This document shows, piece by piece, positions 1-12,408 of a stretch of 64,000 nucleotides of DNA (positions are counted from its first letter, which is position 1; each line of letters opens with the position of its first letter). Position numbers and translations under genes: made by a program. The notes under the pieces are model-generated. The model was not told where the DNA came from and made no database searches. It saw only the letters and a list, made by a program, of their open reading frames with translations. Location: the NCBI GenBank assembly GCA_963705425.1, contig CAVPJO010000006.1, forward strand, positions 60,599 to 124,598. Reading direction: 5' to 3'. Source of the DNA: an uncultured Chloroflexia bacterium (GTDB lineage Bacteria > Chloroflexota > Limnocylindria > Limnocylindrales > CSP1-4).

Positions 1-279
1 GATGCTCTGTATGTGCACGGTCTGGCCCGTCTTCTCGGCGATCAGCTTCTTGAGGACGTACGGCCGCACGGCGTTGCGCAAGGTCGAGGCGCCGACGATG
101 AGCACGTCGGGCTTCCCCCGCCGCAGCATGTTGGCGAGGCTCACGTCGGTGAGGAGGTTCGACGAGGGAGCCTCCGGGAGGCGACCGCGGTCGATGAGCA
201 CGCGCGTCCCCAGCTCGACGACCAGGAGCGGTCCGAACAGCAGGATGCCGACGAGGATGACCGTACTGGGGCGGATCAT
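1..279 (-). CDS. SGNH/GDSL-fold hydrolase-like protein, paralog B (N-terminal part only; gene continues beyond window start)
   Basis: Minus-strand translation from ATG at 279-277 gives MIRPSTVILVGILLFGPLLVVELGTRVLIDRGRLPEAPSSNLLTDVSLANMLRRGKPDVLIVGAS..., clearly paralogous to the N-terminus of the upstream gene (MIRPTVVLIAAVLLLGPLLVLELGARSLIETGRLPTAPSTS...). Its start overlaps the upstream stop (ATGA). Confidence 0.6.
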   Translation of the reverse strand, partial: MIRPSTVILVGILLFGPLLVVELGTRVLIDRGRLPEAPSSNLLTDVSLANMLRRGKPDVLIVGASTLRNAVRPYVLKKLIAEKTGQTVHIQSI

Positions 280-1319
280 CGATCGACCGCAGTCAGTCCT
301 TCGAGCAGCGCCTCACGAAACTCCGGCGTCTCCCACAGTCGCGAGGTGACGATGCGTGCGCCCTTGCGCGAGAGGTGGCGGTGGTCACGCTGCCAGTCGG
401 GCGCCCAGTCGTCCCCGGCATCGGGCACCGCGATGATGGCCACGTCGGCGGCCTCGGCGAGGTCAGCGTAGCCCGCGGCGAGCTGTGTCTCCCAGTCAGG
501 GTTGCGCTCGACCAGGGCTTCCTGCAGCGGCGGCGAGTAGGGCACGGTCACGACCAGCACCGTCACACCCTGGGCGCGCAGGTCGTCCACCAGGGCCGCG
601 AACTGCGAGACGACCACGGGCGACCCCGTGACCTCGTCGCTCAACCGCTCGACCGTGGGAGAGAGCAGGCGCTCCAGCCGCTTGCGCGTGGCCGGGCGGG
701 CACTGACCCAGCCATTCTCGAAGACCTCTCGATCGCTCCCGCTGATGGTCGTGGGCAGGGGCTCGGTCATGGCTGCGGTCAACCGCTCGGGGTATCCGCG
801 CCAGCGCCACAGGGCGGATCGCTGACCGAGCCGGCAGCTCCACTGCTCGTATCCTTCGAGGTCAGCGCAGCCACTCCACGCCCGCCCCAACTCCGAAGCC
901 GCCAACCAGCCCTCTCGGTCCCAGCGTCCCGTCATGCTCGTGGGCGTCAGGCCGATGATCACCGTATCGGGCAGGAGGTCACGCTCGGCCAGGCCCTTCA
1001 CCAGCACGCGCTGGTCATCGTGGACGAGGCCGCCCAGGGCCAGGTTGTGGACGCGGATGCGCTGGCCGGTCTCGGTCTCGACGAGCTTCTCGAGGACGTC
1101 GGGAGAGAGGGCGTTGTGCATCGACGAGTTGCCCAGGACCAGCACGTCAGGTCGACCCATGCGCTCGAGGTTCGCGATGGAGATGTCCGCCTCGAGGCTC
1201 GTGCTCGGAGCCGTCGGCAGACGACCGGTCTCGATGAGCGAGCGCGCACCCAGCTCGAGGACGAGCAGGGGGCCGAGCAACAGGACGGCGGCGATGAGGA
1301 CGACGGTCGGACGGATCAC
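276..1319 (-). CDS. SGNH/GDSL-fold hydrolase-like protein, paralog A (DltD/AlgX/AlgJ-type partner of MBOAT)
   Basis: 348-aa ORF starting at GTG 1319, 8 nt after the MBOAT stop. N-terminal signal/anchor, LVLGNSSM block near the N-terminus and DHRHLS block near the C-terminus, consistent with SGNH blocks I and V. Gene order matches MBOAT O-acylation cassettes. Confidence 0.6.
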   Translation of the reverse strand: MIRPTVVLIAAVLLLGPLLVLELGARSLIETGRLPTAPSTSLEADISIANLERMGRPDVLVLGNSSMHNALSPDVLEKLVETETGQRIRVHNLALGGLVHDDQRVLVKGLAERDLLPDTVIIGLTPTSMTGRWDREGWLAASELGRAWSGCADLEGYEQWSCRLGQRSALWRWRGYPERLTAAMTEPLPTTISGSDREVFENGWVSARPATRKRLERLLSPTVERLSDEVTGSPVVVSQFAALVDDLRAQGVTVLVVTVPYSPPLQEALVERNPDWETQLAAGYADLAEAADVAIIAVPDAGDDWAPDWQRDHRHLSRKGARIVTSRLWETPEFREALLEGLTAVDR

Positions 1320-1327
1320 GGCTGGAC

Positions 1328-2615
1328 TCAGAACTGCTGGTAGATGAAGGCGGGCGCGGCCGGTGGCAGGAGCATGACCGCGATGGCGAGGGCTACACCA
1401 TAGGCTAGCCAGCGGCGCGCCGACCGGCGCGGCGCCAGCCGGCGCGCCAGTGGCACCCAGCCCGTCCACTGAGCCACGATGAACAGCGTCAGCGTGGCCA
1501 CCAGGGCCAGGCTGGGCATCGTCCCGCCATGGGGCACCAGCATGCGTGCGTAGAAGTGGGCCGCGGACTCCAGATTCGGGGCCACGAAGGGTACGCGCGC
1601 CAGGACCACGAAGGCGAAGGTGACGACCCATGACAGCGCCACCGGCAACACCGGGTGCGAGGGCAGGCGGCGCCACCAGCGGTTGACGGAGAGCCCGATG
1701 CCCTGCAGCAGACCCCACACGGCGAAGCCGCCGCCGGCCCCGTGCCAGACACCCGCCAGGGTCATCGTGACGATGAGGTTGAAGTAGGTGCGCAACCCAC
1801 CCCGGCGTGAGCCGCCCAGCGGGAAGTAGAGGTAGTCGCGTAGCCAGGCCCCCAGCGTGATGTGCCAGCGGCGCCAGAACTCGGCCATCGAGAGCGAGCG
1901 GTAGGGCCAGTCGAAGTTGCGGGGCAGACCGAGGCCAAGCAGCCGGGCTGAGCCACGAGCCATATCGGTGTAGCCGGCGAAGTCGAGGTACAGCTGGAAG
2001 CTCCAGGCCGTGGCGATGGCCAGCAGGGCCACCGACGAGTAGCTGCCGATATCGGCGAAACCGTCGCGCACGACCGGGTGCAGCTGATCGGCCAGCACCT
2101 TCTTGAACAGACCGCTCACGAGGAAGGGCACGGCCATGTCCAGGAGCGCGAGGTCGAAGCGGCGATGGAAGCGCAGCTGCGGCAGGAACTGCTGACCACG
2201 CATGATGGGCCCGGCCAGCACGCGCGGGAAGAAGGCGATGAAGACGGCGAAGTGCAGCGCATCTCGCTCGGGAGCGGCACCGCGATAGACGTCGACGACA
2301 TAGGCGATGAGCGTGAAGGTCACGAAGCTGATGGCCAGCGGCAGGACCAGCCCGACGCCGCCCCACTCGACCGGCTCGCCGCTGACCAGGCTGAGCAGGG
2401 AGGCGCTGCTGCCGAGCGCCACGTCGAGGTACTTGAAGATGCCCAGCACGGCCACGTCGAGCACCACGGCAGTCGATCGTCGCGGCCTTGCCATGAGGGC
2501 CTGCCGCGGCCAGCCCGAGCAGGTAGTTGGCGCCGATGAGCAGCAGGAATCCGGGCACATAGCCGACGTTCCAGCTCGCGTAGAAGAGCATGCTGGCGCC
2601 GAACAGCCACCACAC
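1328..2615 (-). CDS. MBOAT family membrane O-acyltransferase (AlgI/DltB-like), interrupted by one frameshift near 2495
   Basis: N-terminus MWWLFGASMLFYASWNVGYVPGFLLLIGANYLLGLAAAGP lies in one frame. The remainder (VLDVAVLGIFKYL ... FWRRWHITLGAWLRDYLYFPLGG with the conserved MBOAT His) lies in a second frame ending at 1328. Confidence 0.8.
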
Positions 2616-2780
2616 CCGGACACGGCGTGGCAGCAGCCAGTAGCCGAGAACGACGGCGGCGAGGAAGACGACGAAGGCGACGGTGGTGAAGCTGATCGGT
2701 GGATGCTAGCAACCGATGGCCCACGTTCGTGGCACTCTGGCGCGCGAGGTCGGGACGGAAGGTGGAGCCGGGAGGTGCAG

Positions 2781-3828
2781 GTGTCACAGACGTGGCTACG
2801 GGTCGGGGGCGGCCTGGCTGTCTTCGTGCTCATCGCCGTAGCCGGCATGGCGGCACTGGCTGATCTCGAGTTCGAGGCTGCGCTCGACACGTTCACGCTG
2901 GCGATGGTGGTGGCCATCCCGGCTGGCGTCGCCACCTACGCCCTCATCGAGTACCTGCAGACGCGACGTCTCGACTCCATCACGCGCCAGTTCGACACGC
3001 GCACGCTGGTGCTCATGCCGGTAGCCATGGCCCTCAACATCGTGCTCGGCACGGCCGTGGCCAGCGCGCTCAAGATCCCCATCTACCTCGACTCCATCGG
3101 CACCATCCTGGTGGCCGTGCTGGCCGGCCCGCTGGCCGGCGCTGCCACCGGCTTCCTCTCCAACGTCATCTGGACCTACCTCGCGCCGCCGCCGTTCCAG
3201 AGTCCCTTCGCGGTGCCCTTCGCCGTGGTCGCAGTGGTCGTCGGCCTGCTCGCGGGGACGTTCGCGCGCTGGGGCTGGCTGCGACCACGACGCAGCGCCT
3301 CTGGCCGGCGGCTGGTGGTCGGTGGGGTCGATCTCCATGGGCCTCATCGCGGTCATGGCAGGCCTGGCACTGCAGGCCTGGAAGATCGCCGCGGAAGGCC
3401 GCGAGCTGGCACCACAGAGCGACCAGACGGCCTTCGTCATCCTGGGCTGGGTGGCCATGCTCCTGGTCGTGGGTACGGCCGTCGGCCTCATCGTGCTGCT
3501 CTTCCGGCGACGCGACGTGGCGGTGGCCTACATCCTCGCCGCCGGCGTCATCACGGGCATCGTCGCTGCCTTCGTCGCGGCGCCCATCGCGGCCGGCCTG
3601 TTCGGTGGCGTGACCGGCTCGGGGGCGGACTTCGTCATCGCCGCCTTCCGTCAGGCCGGGGCCGACCTCGAGCAAGCAGTGCTGGGCCAGAGCCTCATCT
3701 CCGACCCCATCGACAAGGTCATCACCTACTTCGTGGTCTACCTCATCCTGGGAGCCATGGCGCAGCGTGCCATCGCTCGCTTTCCACAGGGTGAGTACTT
3801 GCTTCCGCTCGCCGACGACGCGGATTGA
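2781..3828 (+). CDS. ECF-transporter S-component-like polytopic membrane protein (apparent frameshift near 3285; could be two fused or adjacent S-like units)
   Basis: GGAGG sits 5 nt before GTG 2781. First half has IPIYLDSIGTILVAVLAGPLAGAATGFLSNVIW; second half (frame of 3322-3828) has LISDPIDKVITYFVVYLILGAMAQ. Immediately upstream of the EcfT/EcfA genes. Confidence 0.45.
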
Positions 3829-3840
3829 GGCGAGCCACCC

Positions 3841-4660
3841 GTGACCCCACCGTCGCACCGACCCCCCGGCCTCGATGCCGAGGCACACTCGGGCGCTGCC
3901 GCGCCCACGGCCTGGCAGCGCCTCGACCCGCTGACCCGGCTGGTCATCTCGGTGGGCACGGTGCTCGGCGGCGATCCTGCTCAGCGGTGTGCTCTGCCCA
4001 CTGCTGCTGGTATCGATGGCCGTGATCCTCCCGGCAGTGAACGCTCGCGTGCTGCGCCAGGTCCTCGTCGGCGGATCTGGTGCTGGCGCTGCCGCTGGCC
4101 GTCAGCGTGGTCGTGGTCAACGTCTTCTTCTCGGTCGGCGGCAGCGTGGTTGCCGAAGTGGGACCGCTGCGCATCACCGAACAAGGCATCGCACTCGCGG
4201 TGGAGGTCCTGGTACGAGTGCTCACCATGGCCGGTGCGGTGGTGCTTGTTCTACCCCACGACCCGACCGTCCGAGCTGGTGGCCAGCCTGCAGCTACCAT
4301 GGCGTCTCGGCACGGCTGACCTTCGTCATCTACAACGGCGTGGCCATGATCCCGCGCCTGGCCGAACGGGCGCGCGAGGTGACGGCGGCGCAGCGGGCGC
4401 GCGGCCTCGACACCGAGGGCAGCTGGTTGCGACGCGGACGCGGCCTGGTCGCGGTGGCGGCACCGACCGTGCTCGGCGCCATCCGGGAGATGGAGACGCG
4501 GACGCTGGCGCTCGAGACGCGGGCCTTCACCCGACCGGGACGGCCGACCGTCCTGCGCGTGGCGCCTGACAGCAGCGTCGCAGCGGGCGGCTCGCTGGGC
4601 GATCCTGGTCGGACTGGCGGCTCTGGTCCTGGCGCGGGCCACGGGCGTACTGCCGTGCTG
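3841..4660 (+). pseudogene. ECF transporter transmembrane component EcfT/CbiQ family, at least 5 frameshifts
   Basis: CbiQ-like segments are scattered over three frames: RLDPLTRLVISVGTVLG; LALPLAVSVVVVNVFFSVGG...LRITEQGIALAVEVLVRVLTMAGAVVL; YPTTRPSELVASLQLPWRL; RLTFVIYNGVAMIPRLAERAREVTAAQRARGLDTEGSWLRR...ETRAF. The final TM segment AILVGLAALVLARATGVLPC ends with a TGA that overlaps the EcfA1 GTG start. Confidence 0.6.
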
Positions 4661-5459
4661 AAGCTCGAGGGCGTCTCCTACCGCTACCCCGGGGCCAGCG
4701 GCAACGCCTTGCACGCTGCCAGCCTGGAGCTGGCCGAAGGCACCGTCACCGGCCTCGCCGGGGCCGCCGAGGCCGGCAAGACGACGCTCTGCCTGGTGGC
4801 TGGTGGGCTGGCCCCCCGTGTCGTCGGTGGCGAGGTCAGGGGCGAGCTCACGCTCGACGGCGCCGACCTCACGGGCTGGCCCATGCATCGGCTCGCCGAG
4901 CACGTCGTGACCGGGCTGCAGGACCCGGCCGGACAGCTTTCGCTCATCGCCGAGACCGTCTTCGAGGAGGTGGCCTTCGGGCCGGCCAACCTGGGACTGC
5001 CGCGCGACGAGGTCATCGAGCGTACTCGCGGGGCGCTCCGCCTGGTCGGCATCGACGGGCTCGCGCGATCGCGACCCGGGGCGGCTATCGGGCGGCCAGC
5101 AGCAGCTCGTGGTCGTGGCCGGCCTGCTGGCCATGCGGCCGCGCCACCTCATCCTCGACGAGCCGGTGGCCCACCTCGACGCACGGAGCGCCCGACTGGT
5201 ACTCGACGCGATGGCCTCCATCGCCGCCTCGGGCACAGCCGTGCTCATCGCCGAGCAGCGCACCGAGGCTCTGGCGGCGGTCTGCGACTCGCTGGCCGTC
5301 GTGGCCAACGGCAACCTCGTGGCCCAGGGTCCGGTGCAGGAGGTCCTGGCCGACCCGGCCACCTTGGCCTTCGGCATCGAGGGACTTCCCCGTGACCGGC
5401 TGCGACGCAAGCTGGCGGAGGCCGGCCTCGACCCCGCCCTGGCGGAGGAGGCGTCGTGA
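4655..5459 (+). CDS. ECF transporter ATPase EcfA1-like (ABC NBD), one frameshift near 5075
   Basis: VLKLEGVSYRYPG...GKTTL (degenerate Walker A) in one frame. LSGGQQQLVVVAGLLAMRPRHLILDEPVAHLD (signature motif plus Walker B) in the +1 frame. Confidence 0.7.
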
Positions 5460-6302
5460 CCGAGCTGCGCCTCGAGGGCGTCGTCTACGAGTACTCCGCT
5501 GGCGTACGAGCCCTCGACGGCGTCGATCTGGCCATCCCGTCCGGTTCAGTCACTGGCGCTGATCGGGGCCAACGGCAGCGGCAAGACCACGCTGGCTCGT
5601 CACCTCGACGGATTGCTGCGCCCGAGCCAAGGACGCGTGCTCGTCGGTGGCGAGGATGCCGCCACCCGCGACGTAGCCCAGCTATCCGCCATCGTGGGTC
5701 TCTGCTTCCAGCAGCCAGACCGCCAGATCTTCAGTCGCAACGTGCGCGACGAGGTGGAGTTCGGCGCCCGCCACCTCGGAGCTTCGGATGAGGAGGCCTT
5801 CGCCCGAGCGAAAGAGGCGCTAGCCGCGGTGGGCATGGCCGACGACTTGTGGCGGCACCCCGACGACCTCGGCGAGACGCGACGCAAGCTGCTGACCATC
5901 GCCTCGGTGCTGGCCATGCACACCCCCGTGGTCGTGCTCGACGAGCCGACCACCGGCCTCGACGTTCGCGGAGTCGAGCGCATCAAGGGCATCGTCGGGG
6001 CGCTTCACGAAGAGGGCCGCACCATCGTCGGCATCAGCCACGATATGCGCTTCGTGGCCGAGTCGTTCGAGCGCATCGTGGTCCTCGACCGTGGCCGCAT
6101 CGTCCTCGACGGCAGCCCCGTCGAGGTCTTCGCCGAGAGCGCCTGGCCCGTCTTGCGCGCCGCCGGCCTGGAGCCACCAGCGGCTGCCCTGGCCGGGGCT
6201 CGCCTGGGCCTGGGCTCGACCCCGACCGAGGTCTCGCTGGCCGAAGCACTGGCACGAAACCAGGCCGGCGCGCTCGACACCAACGGCCTCGTCGGCACCT
6301 GA
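5456..6302 (+). CDS. ECF transporter ATPase EcfA2-like (ABC NBD), one frameshift near 5545
   Basis: MTELRLEGVVYEYSAGVRALDGVDLAIPSGSVT, then after a shift LALIGANGSGKTTLARHLDGLLRPSQGRVLVGG (Walker A), then LLTIASVLAMHTPVVVLDEPTTGLD and ISHDMRF. GTGA overlap with the upstream gene. Confidence 0.7.
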
Positions 6303-6662
6303 GGTCGGGAGGTAGCGGTGGTCGGGAGGTAGCGCCGCCAACCGCTCGGTCGGCAGGGCAGCAGCGGGCGGTCACGTGCTCGGCAGCGCACCGTTCGACG
6401 CGCCGCGCGGAATCGATCGCGCTCCGCCACCAGCATCGAGATCGGAGCCTGAGGACGTCGCCGCGGTCGGTGCACTGCACGCCCGCACGGGGCGCGGGCC
6501 CCGGACATCCGATCCGGAACATGCCCACATGCGTGCCCGTTGCGCAACCGTCCGGTCACTTGAACCCTGTTGCGTCAGCCCGTGTACGATTCGCCGAGCC
6601 AGAGAGGCCGGGACGCTGCCCGCCCGGGTGCGCCTGTCGCCGACACCAGGGAGGTCCTATCG

Positions 6663-7682
6663 ATGATCAGGCGTCGCCCCGTGCTTGCAGCCACCGCGCT
6701 GCTGGCACTCACCGTGACCGCGAGCGGGACCGCGGCCGTCGCGCAAGATGAGCCACTGTCCGTCTTCGGCGCATATGCCACACAGATCGAAGAGCCGTGG
6801 GACGGTGTCATCCACACCGCGCTACAGGCGGCAGAGGACGCCGGCAGCATCGTCTACGACTATCGCCGACGACATCGGCTACTCCGGTGACATGGAGTTC
6901 GTGCTCCGCCAGGTCGCCGAGCATCGATGAGCCCGACATCATCTTCGGCGATGCCTTCGGCAACGAGGAAGCTGTTCGCGCGGTCGCGGCTGACTATCCG
7001 GACATCGCCTTCGTCTTCGGCTCCGGCGGCGGCCCGGCCGACCCCAACTTCAGCGTCTTCGACAACTGGATCCACGAGCCGGCCTACCTCGCCGGCATGC
7101 TCGCCGGTGGCCTGACCGAGAGCGGCATCATCGGCGTCGTCGGCGGCTACCCGTGCCCGAGGTCAACCGCATCACGCAACGCCTTCATCGCGGGCGCGCA
7201 GTCGGTGAACCCCGACGTCGAGGCCAAGGTCAGCTTCATCAACAGCTGGTTCGATCCGGCCGCGGCCAAGGAAGCCGCCCTGGCCCAGATCGATGCCGGC
7301 GCCGATGTGCTCTACGCCGAGCGTGCGGGCGTCATCGAGGCGGCCGTGCAGGAAGGGCGTCATCGCCGTCGGCAACATGAGCGACCAGTCGGCCGATGGG
7401 CCCGACAACGTGGTCACCAGCGTGACCTGGAACATGACTCCGACGGTCGAGTACATCATCGACCAGGTCGCGGGCGGCACCTACACCGCCCAGGACCTCA
7501 AGGACTTCAGCATGGTCGCCAAGGGCGGCGCCGCGCTGGCGCCCGTCAACGAGGCGCTCGTCCCGGCGGAGCTGCTCGAGGAGGTCAAGGCCGAGGAGGC
7601 CAGAGATCGACGTCGGGCCTGTCTTCCGCGTCGACATCAACGAGGCCACGCCCGCCAGGCTCGGTGACCCGCGACCCGAGTA
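6663..7682 (+). pseudogene. BMP-family ABC transporter substrate-binding lipoprotein (PnrA/Bmp-like, nucleoside type), at least 6 frameshifts
   Basis: MIRRRPVLAATALLALTVTASG signal peptide. BMP-like blocks spread over three frames: SIVYDY / ADDIGYSGDMEFVLRQVAE / IDEPDIIFGDAFGNEEAV...YPDIAFVFGSGG...GVVGGYP / VPEVNRIT / NAFIAGAQSVNPDVEAKVSFINSWFD... / VIAVGNMSDQ... / EIDVGPVFRVDINEATPARLG. Confidence 0.7.
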
Positions 7683-7705
7683 GACGTCCCGACAGCCCGA
7701 CCACG

Positions 7706-9282
<1,577 letters not shown>

Positions 9283-9286
<4 letters not shown>

Positions 9287-10431
9287 CGTTCGAGGCGCGG
9301 CGCATGGCGGAGAGCCGCATCGGTCGGTCGGGCATCATCGCCATCGGCGCCATCGTCACCATCCTCGCGGTCACGGGCGGCGCCTTCATCATCGCCGGGG
9401 CCGATCCACTCGATGCCTACTACGCCTACTTCATCGAGCCGCTGACCCGCGAGTTCACGCTGCTGGAGGTGCTCAACAAGGCCACGCCCATCCTCTTCAC
9501 GGGCACGGCCGTGGCCATCGCCTTCCGGGCCGGCTACTGGAACATCGGTGTCGAGGGTCAGCTGCTCATGGGCGCGGTCGCGGCCGCCGGCATCGGCCAG
9601 CTGGTGCAGGGCTGGCCGCCGATCCTGGTCTTGCCGCTGATGGTCGCGGGTGGCGCGCTGGCGGGTGCCGCCTGGGCGCTGGTGCCGGCCCTGCTGCGTG
9701 TGCGCATGGGCATCGACGAGGTGGTGACCACGCTGCTGCTCAACCCGGTGGCGCTGCTCGTCGTGCAGGCGCTGCTGCATGGTCCCTGGAAGGACCCCGA
9801 GACCGGCTTCCCGGAATCGCCGCGCATCGCGGAGGCGGCGGAGTTCCCGCAGCTGTCCGAGTTCATCCCGCTCATCGGCAAGTCGCGTCTGCACCTCGGC
9901 TTCGTCATCGCCATCGTCATCATCGTCATCGCCTGGTGGGTGCTGAGCCGCACCTCCACGGGCCTGCGCGTCCGTGCCGTCGGCCTCTCGCCACACGGTG
10001 CCCGCTTCGCCGGCATCAAGGTCGAGCGCACGCTGCTGCGCGTAGCGCTCATCAGCGGCGCCATCGCCGGCATCGCCGGCGTCAGCGAGGTGGCCGGCAT
10101 CCAGTTCCGCCTGACCGAGGGCGTCTCCCCGGGGTTTGGCTACACCGGCGTGGTGGTGGCCATGCTCGGCGGGCTGGCCCTGCCCGGTGTGCTCATCGCC
10201 GGCCTGCTGCTGGGCGACCTGAGCGTGGGTGCCTCGTCGGCCGTGCGCAGCCTGCAGATCCCCAGCCAGCTGGGCGATGTCGTCCAGGGCACGATGCTGC
10301 TCGTGGTCGTGGGCGCCGTGGCCGTCTATCGCTGGCGCACCACCCGCGAGGATGACCGGCCGGCCGATGAGGGCGAGCCCCCACCCGATGAACCGGAGGG
10401 CCAGCCGCCCACGGAGACGTCGCCGACATGA
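9283..10431 (+). CDS. ABC transporter permease (BMP/nucleoside-type, first of two)
   Basis: Intact 382-aa polytopic ORF with an ATGA overlap to the ATPase gene. Multiple hydrophobic helices. Position fits the SBP-ATPase-permease-permease order. Confidence 0.8.
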
Positions 10432-11351
10432 TCTTCCTCGCCGACATCATCGCGGCCACCTTCCGCAACGCCACACCGCTCGTCTACGGCACCGTGGGCG
10501 AGACCTACACCGAACGCGCGGGCATCCTCAACCTCGGTGTCGAGGGCACCATGTACGCGGGCGCCTTCTTCGGCTTCGCTACCGCCTACTACACCGGCAA
10601 CGTCTGGCTCGGCCTGCTCGGCGCCATCATGGTGGGCCTCATGGCCGGTGCCTTGATGGCGCTGATGACGGTCACGCTGGGAGCCAACCAGCACGTCAGC
10701 GGCCTGGGCCTGACCATCGTGCTCATCGGCGTCAGCGAGTTCGCCAACCGGCTCCTGTTCACCGGCGCCACCCTGGCTCGCATCGAGCCCATGCCGCTGT
10801 GGGACCCCCTGGCCGGCCTCGGCGAGGAGAACCCATTGGCCACCATCGCCAGCCAGTATGGGCTCACCTACATCGCCTTCCTGGCCGTCGTGCCCGTCGC
10901 CTGGTGGGTGCTCATGAAGACACCCCTGGGCCTGGCCATTCGCGCCGTGGGCGAGAACCCGGAGGCCGCCGACGTGGCCGGCATCAACGTCTTCCGGGTG
11001 CGCTACATCGCGCTCATGATCGGTGGTGCGCTGATGGCCGTCGGTGGTGCCTTCATCACCCTGGCCGTACTGGGCACCTTCACCCTGGACATCATCGCCG
11101 GCCGCGGATGGGTGGTCATCGCCCTGGTCATCTTCGGGCGCTGGCGCATCTTCCGCGGCGTCCTCGGAGCGCTCATCTTCGCGGGCGTCTACTCGCTGGG
11201 CCTGCGCTTGCATATCACGGCCGGTTTCGAGGCCATCCCCAACGAGATCATGCTGGCGCTGCCCTATGTCATCGTCATCGTGGCCCTGGCCATCTCGGGT
11301 CGCAACGTGCCCTACCCGGGCGCCTACCTGAAACCCTATCGCCGTTCCTGA
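10428..11351 (+). CDS. ABC transporter permease (second of two)
   Basis: Intact 307-aa polytopic ORF overlapping the previous permease by 4 nt. Confidence 0.8.
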   Translation: MIFLADIIAATFRNATPLVYGTVGETYTERAGILNLGVEGTMYAGAFFGFATAYYTGNVWLGLLGAIMVGLMAGALMALMTVTLGANQHVSGLGLTIVLIGVSEFANRLLFTGATLARIEPMPLWDPLAGLGEENPLATIASQYGLTYIAFLAVVPVAWWVLMKTPLGLAIRAVGENPEAADVAGINVFRVRYIALMIGGALMAVGGAFITLAVLGTFTLDIIAGRGWVVIALVIFGRWRIFRGVLGALIFAGVYSLGLRLHITAGFEAIPNEIMLALPYVIVIVALAISGRNVPYPGAYLKPYRRS

Positions 11352-11379
11352 GCATTCGACCGACATACGAGGAGGAGAC

Positions 11380-11826
11380 ATGGACGACCAGGCATTCATG
11401 AAGATCGCTATCGACGAGGGCGCGCAGGGGCTGGCCGAGGGCGGCGTGCCCGTCGGTGCCGCGCTGGTGGCCGACGGCAAGGTGCTCGGCTCCGGTCACA
11501 ACCGCCGCGTCCAGCAGAACAGCGTCATCCGCCACGGCGAGACCGACTGCCTCGAGAACATCGGCCGCCTGCACGCCTCGACCTACAAGCGAGCCACGAT
11601 GTACACCACGCTGTCACCCTGTGACATGTGCACGGGCGCCATCCTGCTCTACGGCATCCCGCGCGTGGTCATCGGTGAGAACGAGACCTTCATGGGTGGC
11701 GAGGAGTACCTGCGCTCCCGCGGCGTGGAGGTCGTCAACCTCGACTCGCCCGAATGCAAGGCGCTCATGGCCGAGTTCATCGAGCGCCACCCCGACATCT
11801 GGAACGAGGACATCGGCGAAGAGTAG
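11380..11826 (+). CDS. Cytosine deaminase, FCY1-type (CMP/dCMP deaminase zinc-binding fold)
   Basis: MDDQAFMKIAIDEGAQGLAEGGVPVGAALV...GSGHNRRVQ...HGETDCLEN...TLSPCDMCTGAILLYGIPRVVIGEN...DIWNEDIGE is colinear with yeast Fcy1, including the HxE and PCxxC zinc motifs. Confidence 0.85.
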   Translation: MDDQAFMKIAIDEGAQGLAEGGVPVGAALVADGKVLGSGHNRRVQQNSVIRHGETDCLENIGRLHASTYKRATMYTTLSPCDMCTGAILLYGIPRVVIGENETFMGGEEYLRSRGVEVVNLDSPECKALMAEFIERHPDIWNEDIGEE

Positions 11827-11903
11827 GCGGATGCCCCGACCCGCCCACACATCGCCGCGGTCGATGCGGCGAGGAGGGTTACGGGGTGCTGCGGAGGAAC
11901 ATA

Positions 11904-12393
11904 TGCGACGGAGCACGGCCCCCATCGAGCCGCTATGGAAGGAACGCCGCCTGGCGCTGAGCCCCGACGAGGCCTTCGCGCCTGTTCACGACCGAGATGG
12001 GCAGGTGGTGGCCGATGGCCACCCACAGCATCGGCGGTGACGACGCCACCGACGTGCGTTTCGAGTCTCAGGTCGGTGGACGCGTGGTCGAGATCGACGG
12101 CTGCTGAGCGGGAATACTCCTGGGCCGACGTGATGACCTGGGACCCCCCGCATCGAGTGGTGTTGTCCTGGCATCCGACCGTCGAACCGGTGGCTGCCTC
12201 GACCATCGATGTGCGCTTCGAGGCACTGCCGGAAGGCACGCTGCTGCGCCTCGAGCACAGAGACTGGGAGGAGTACGGAGCCCGGCTGGGAGCGGAGCTG
12301 CGGTCCGGCTACGAGCCCGGCTGGGATGAGGTGCTGGGAGCCTTCGAGGCCCGTGCCGGGGAAGCCAGGCGGGGAGTCCATGGTGGTCCGTGA
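11904..12393 (+). CDS. SRPBCC/AHSA1-like domain protein, 2 frameshifts
   Basis: GGAGG sits 6 nt before ATG 11904. C-terminal EYSWADVMTWDPPHRVVLSWHP...RFEALPEGTLLRLEHRDWEEYG is typical of the family. Shifts near 11990 and 12105. Confidence 0.45.
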
Positions 12394-12408
12394 GACACTG
12401 CCGCGACC

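Noticed and set aside
276-2615. 779-aa minus-strand ORF that looks like a single giant protein
   Set aside because: It is a composite: the MBOAT N-terminus, a frameshift, then read-through into the separate SGNH-like gene. The MBOAT C-terminus is in another frame ending at 1328.
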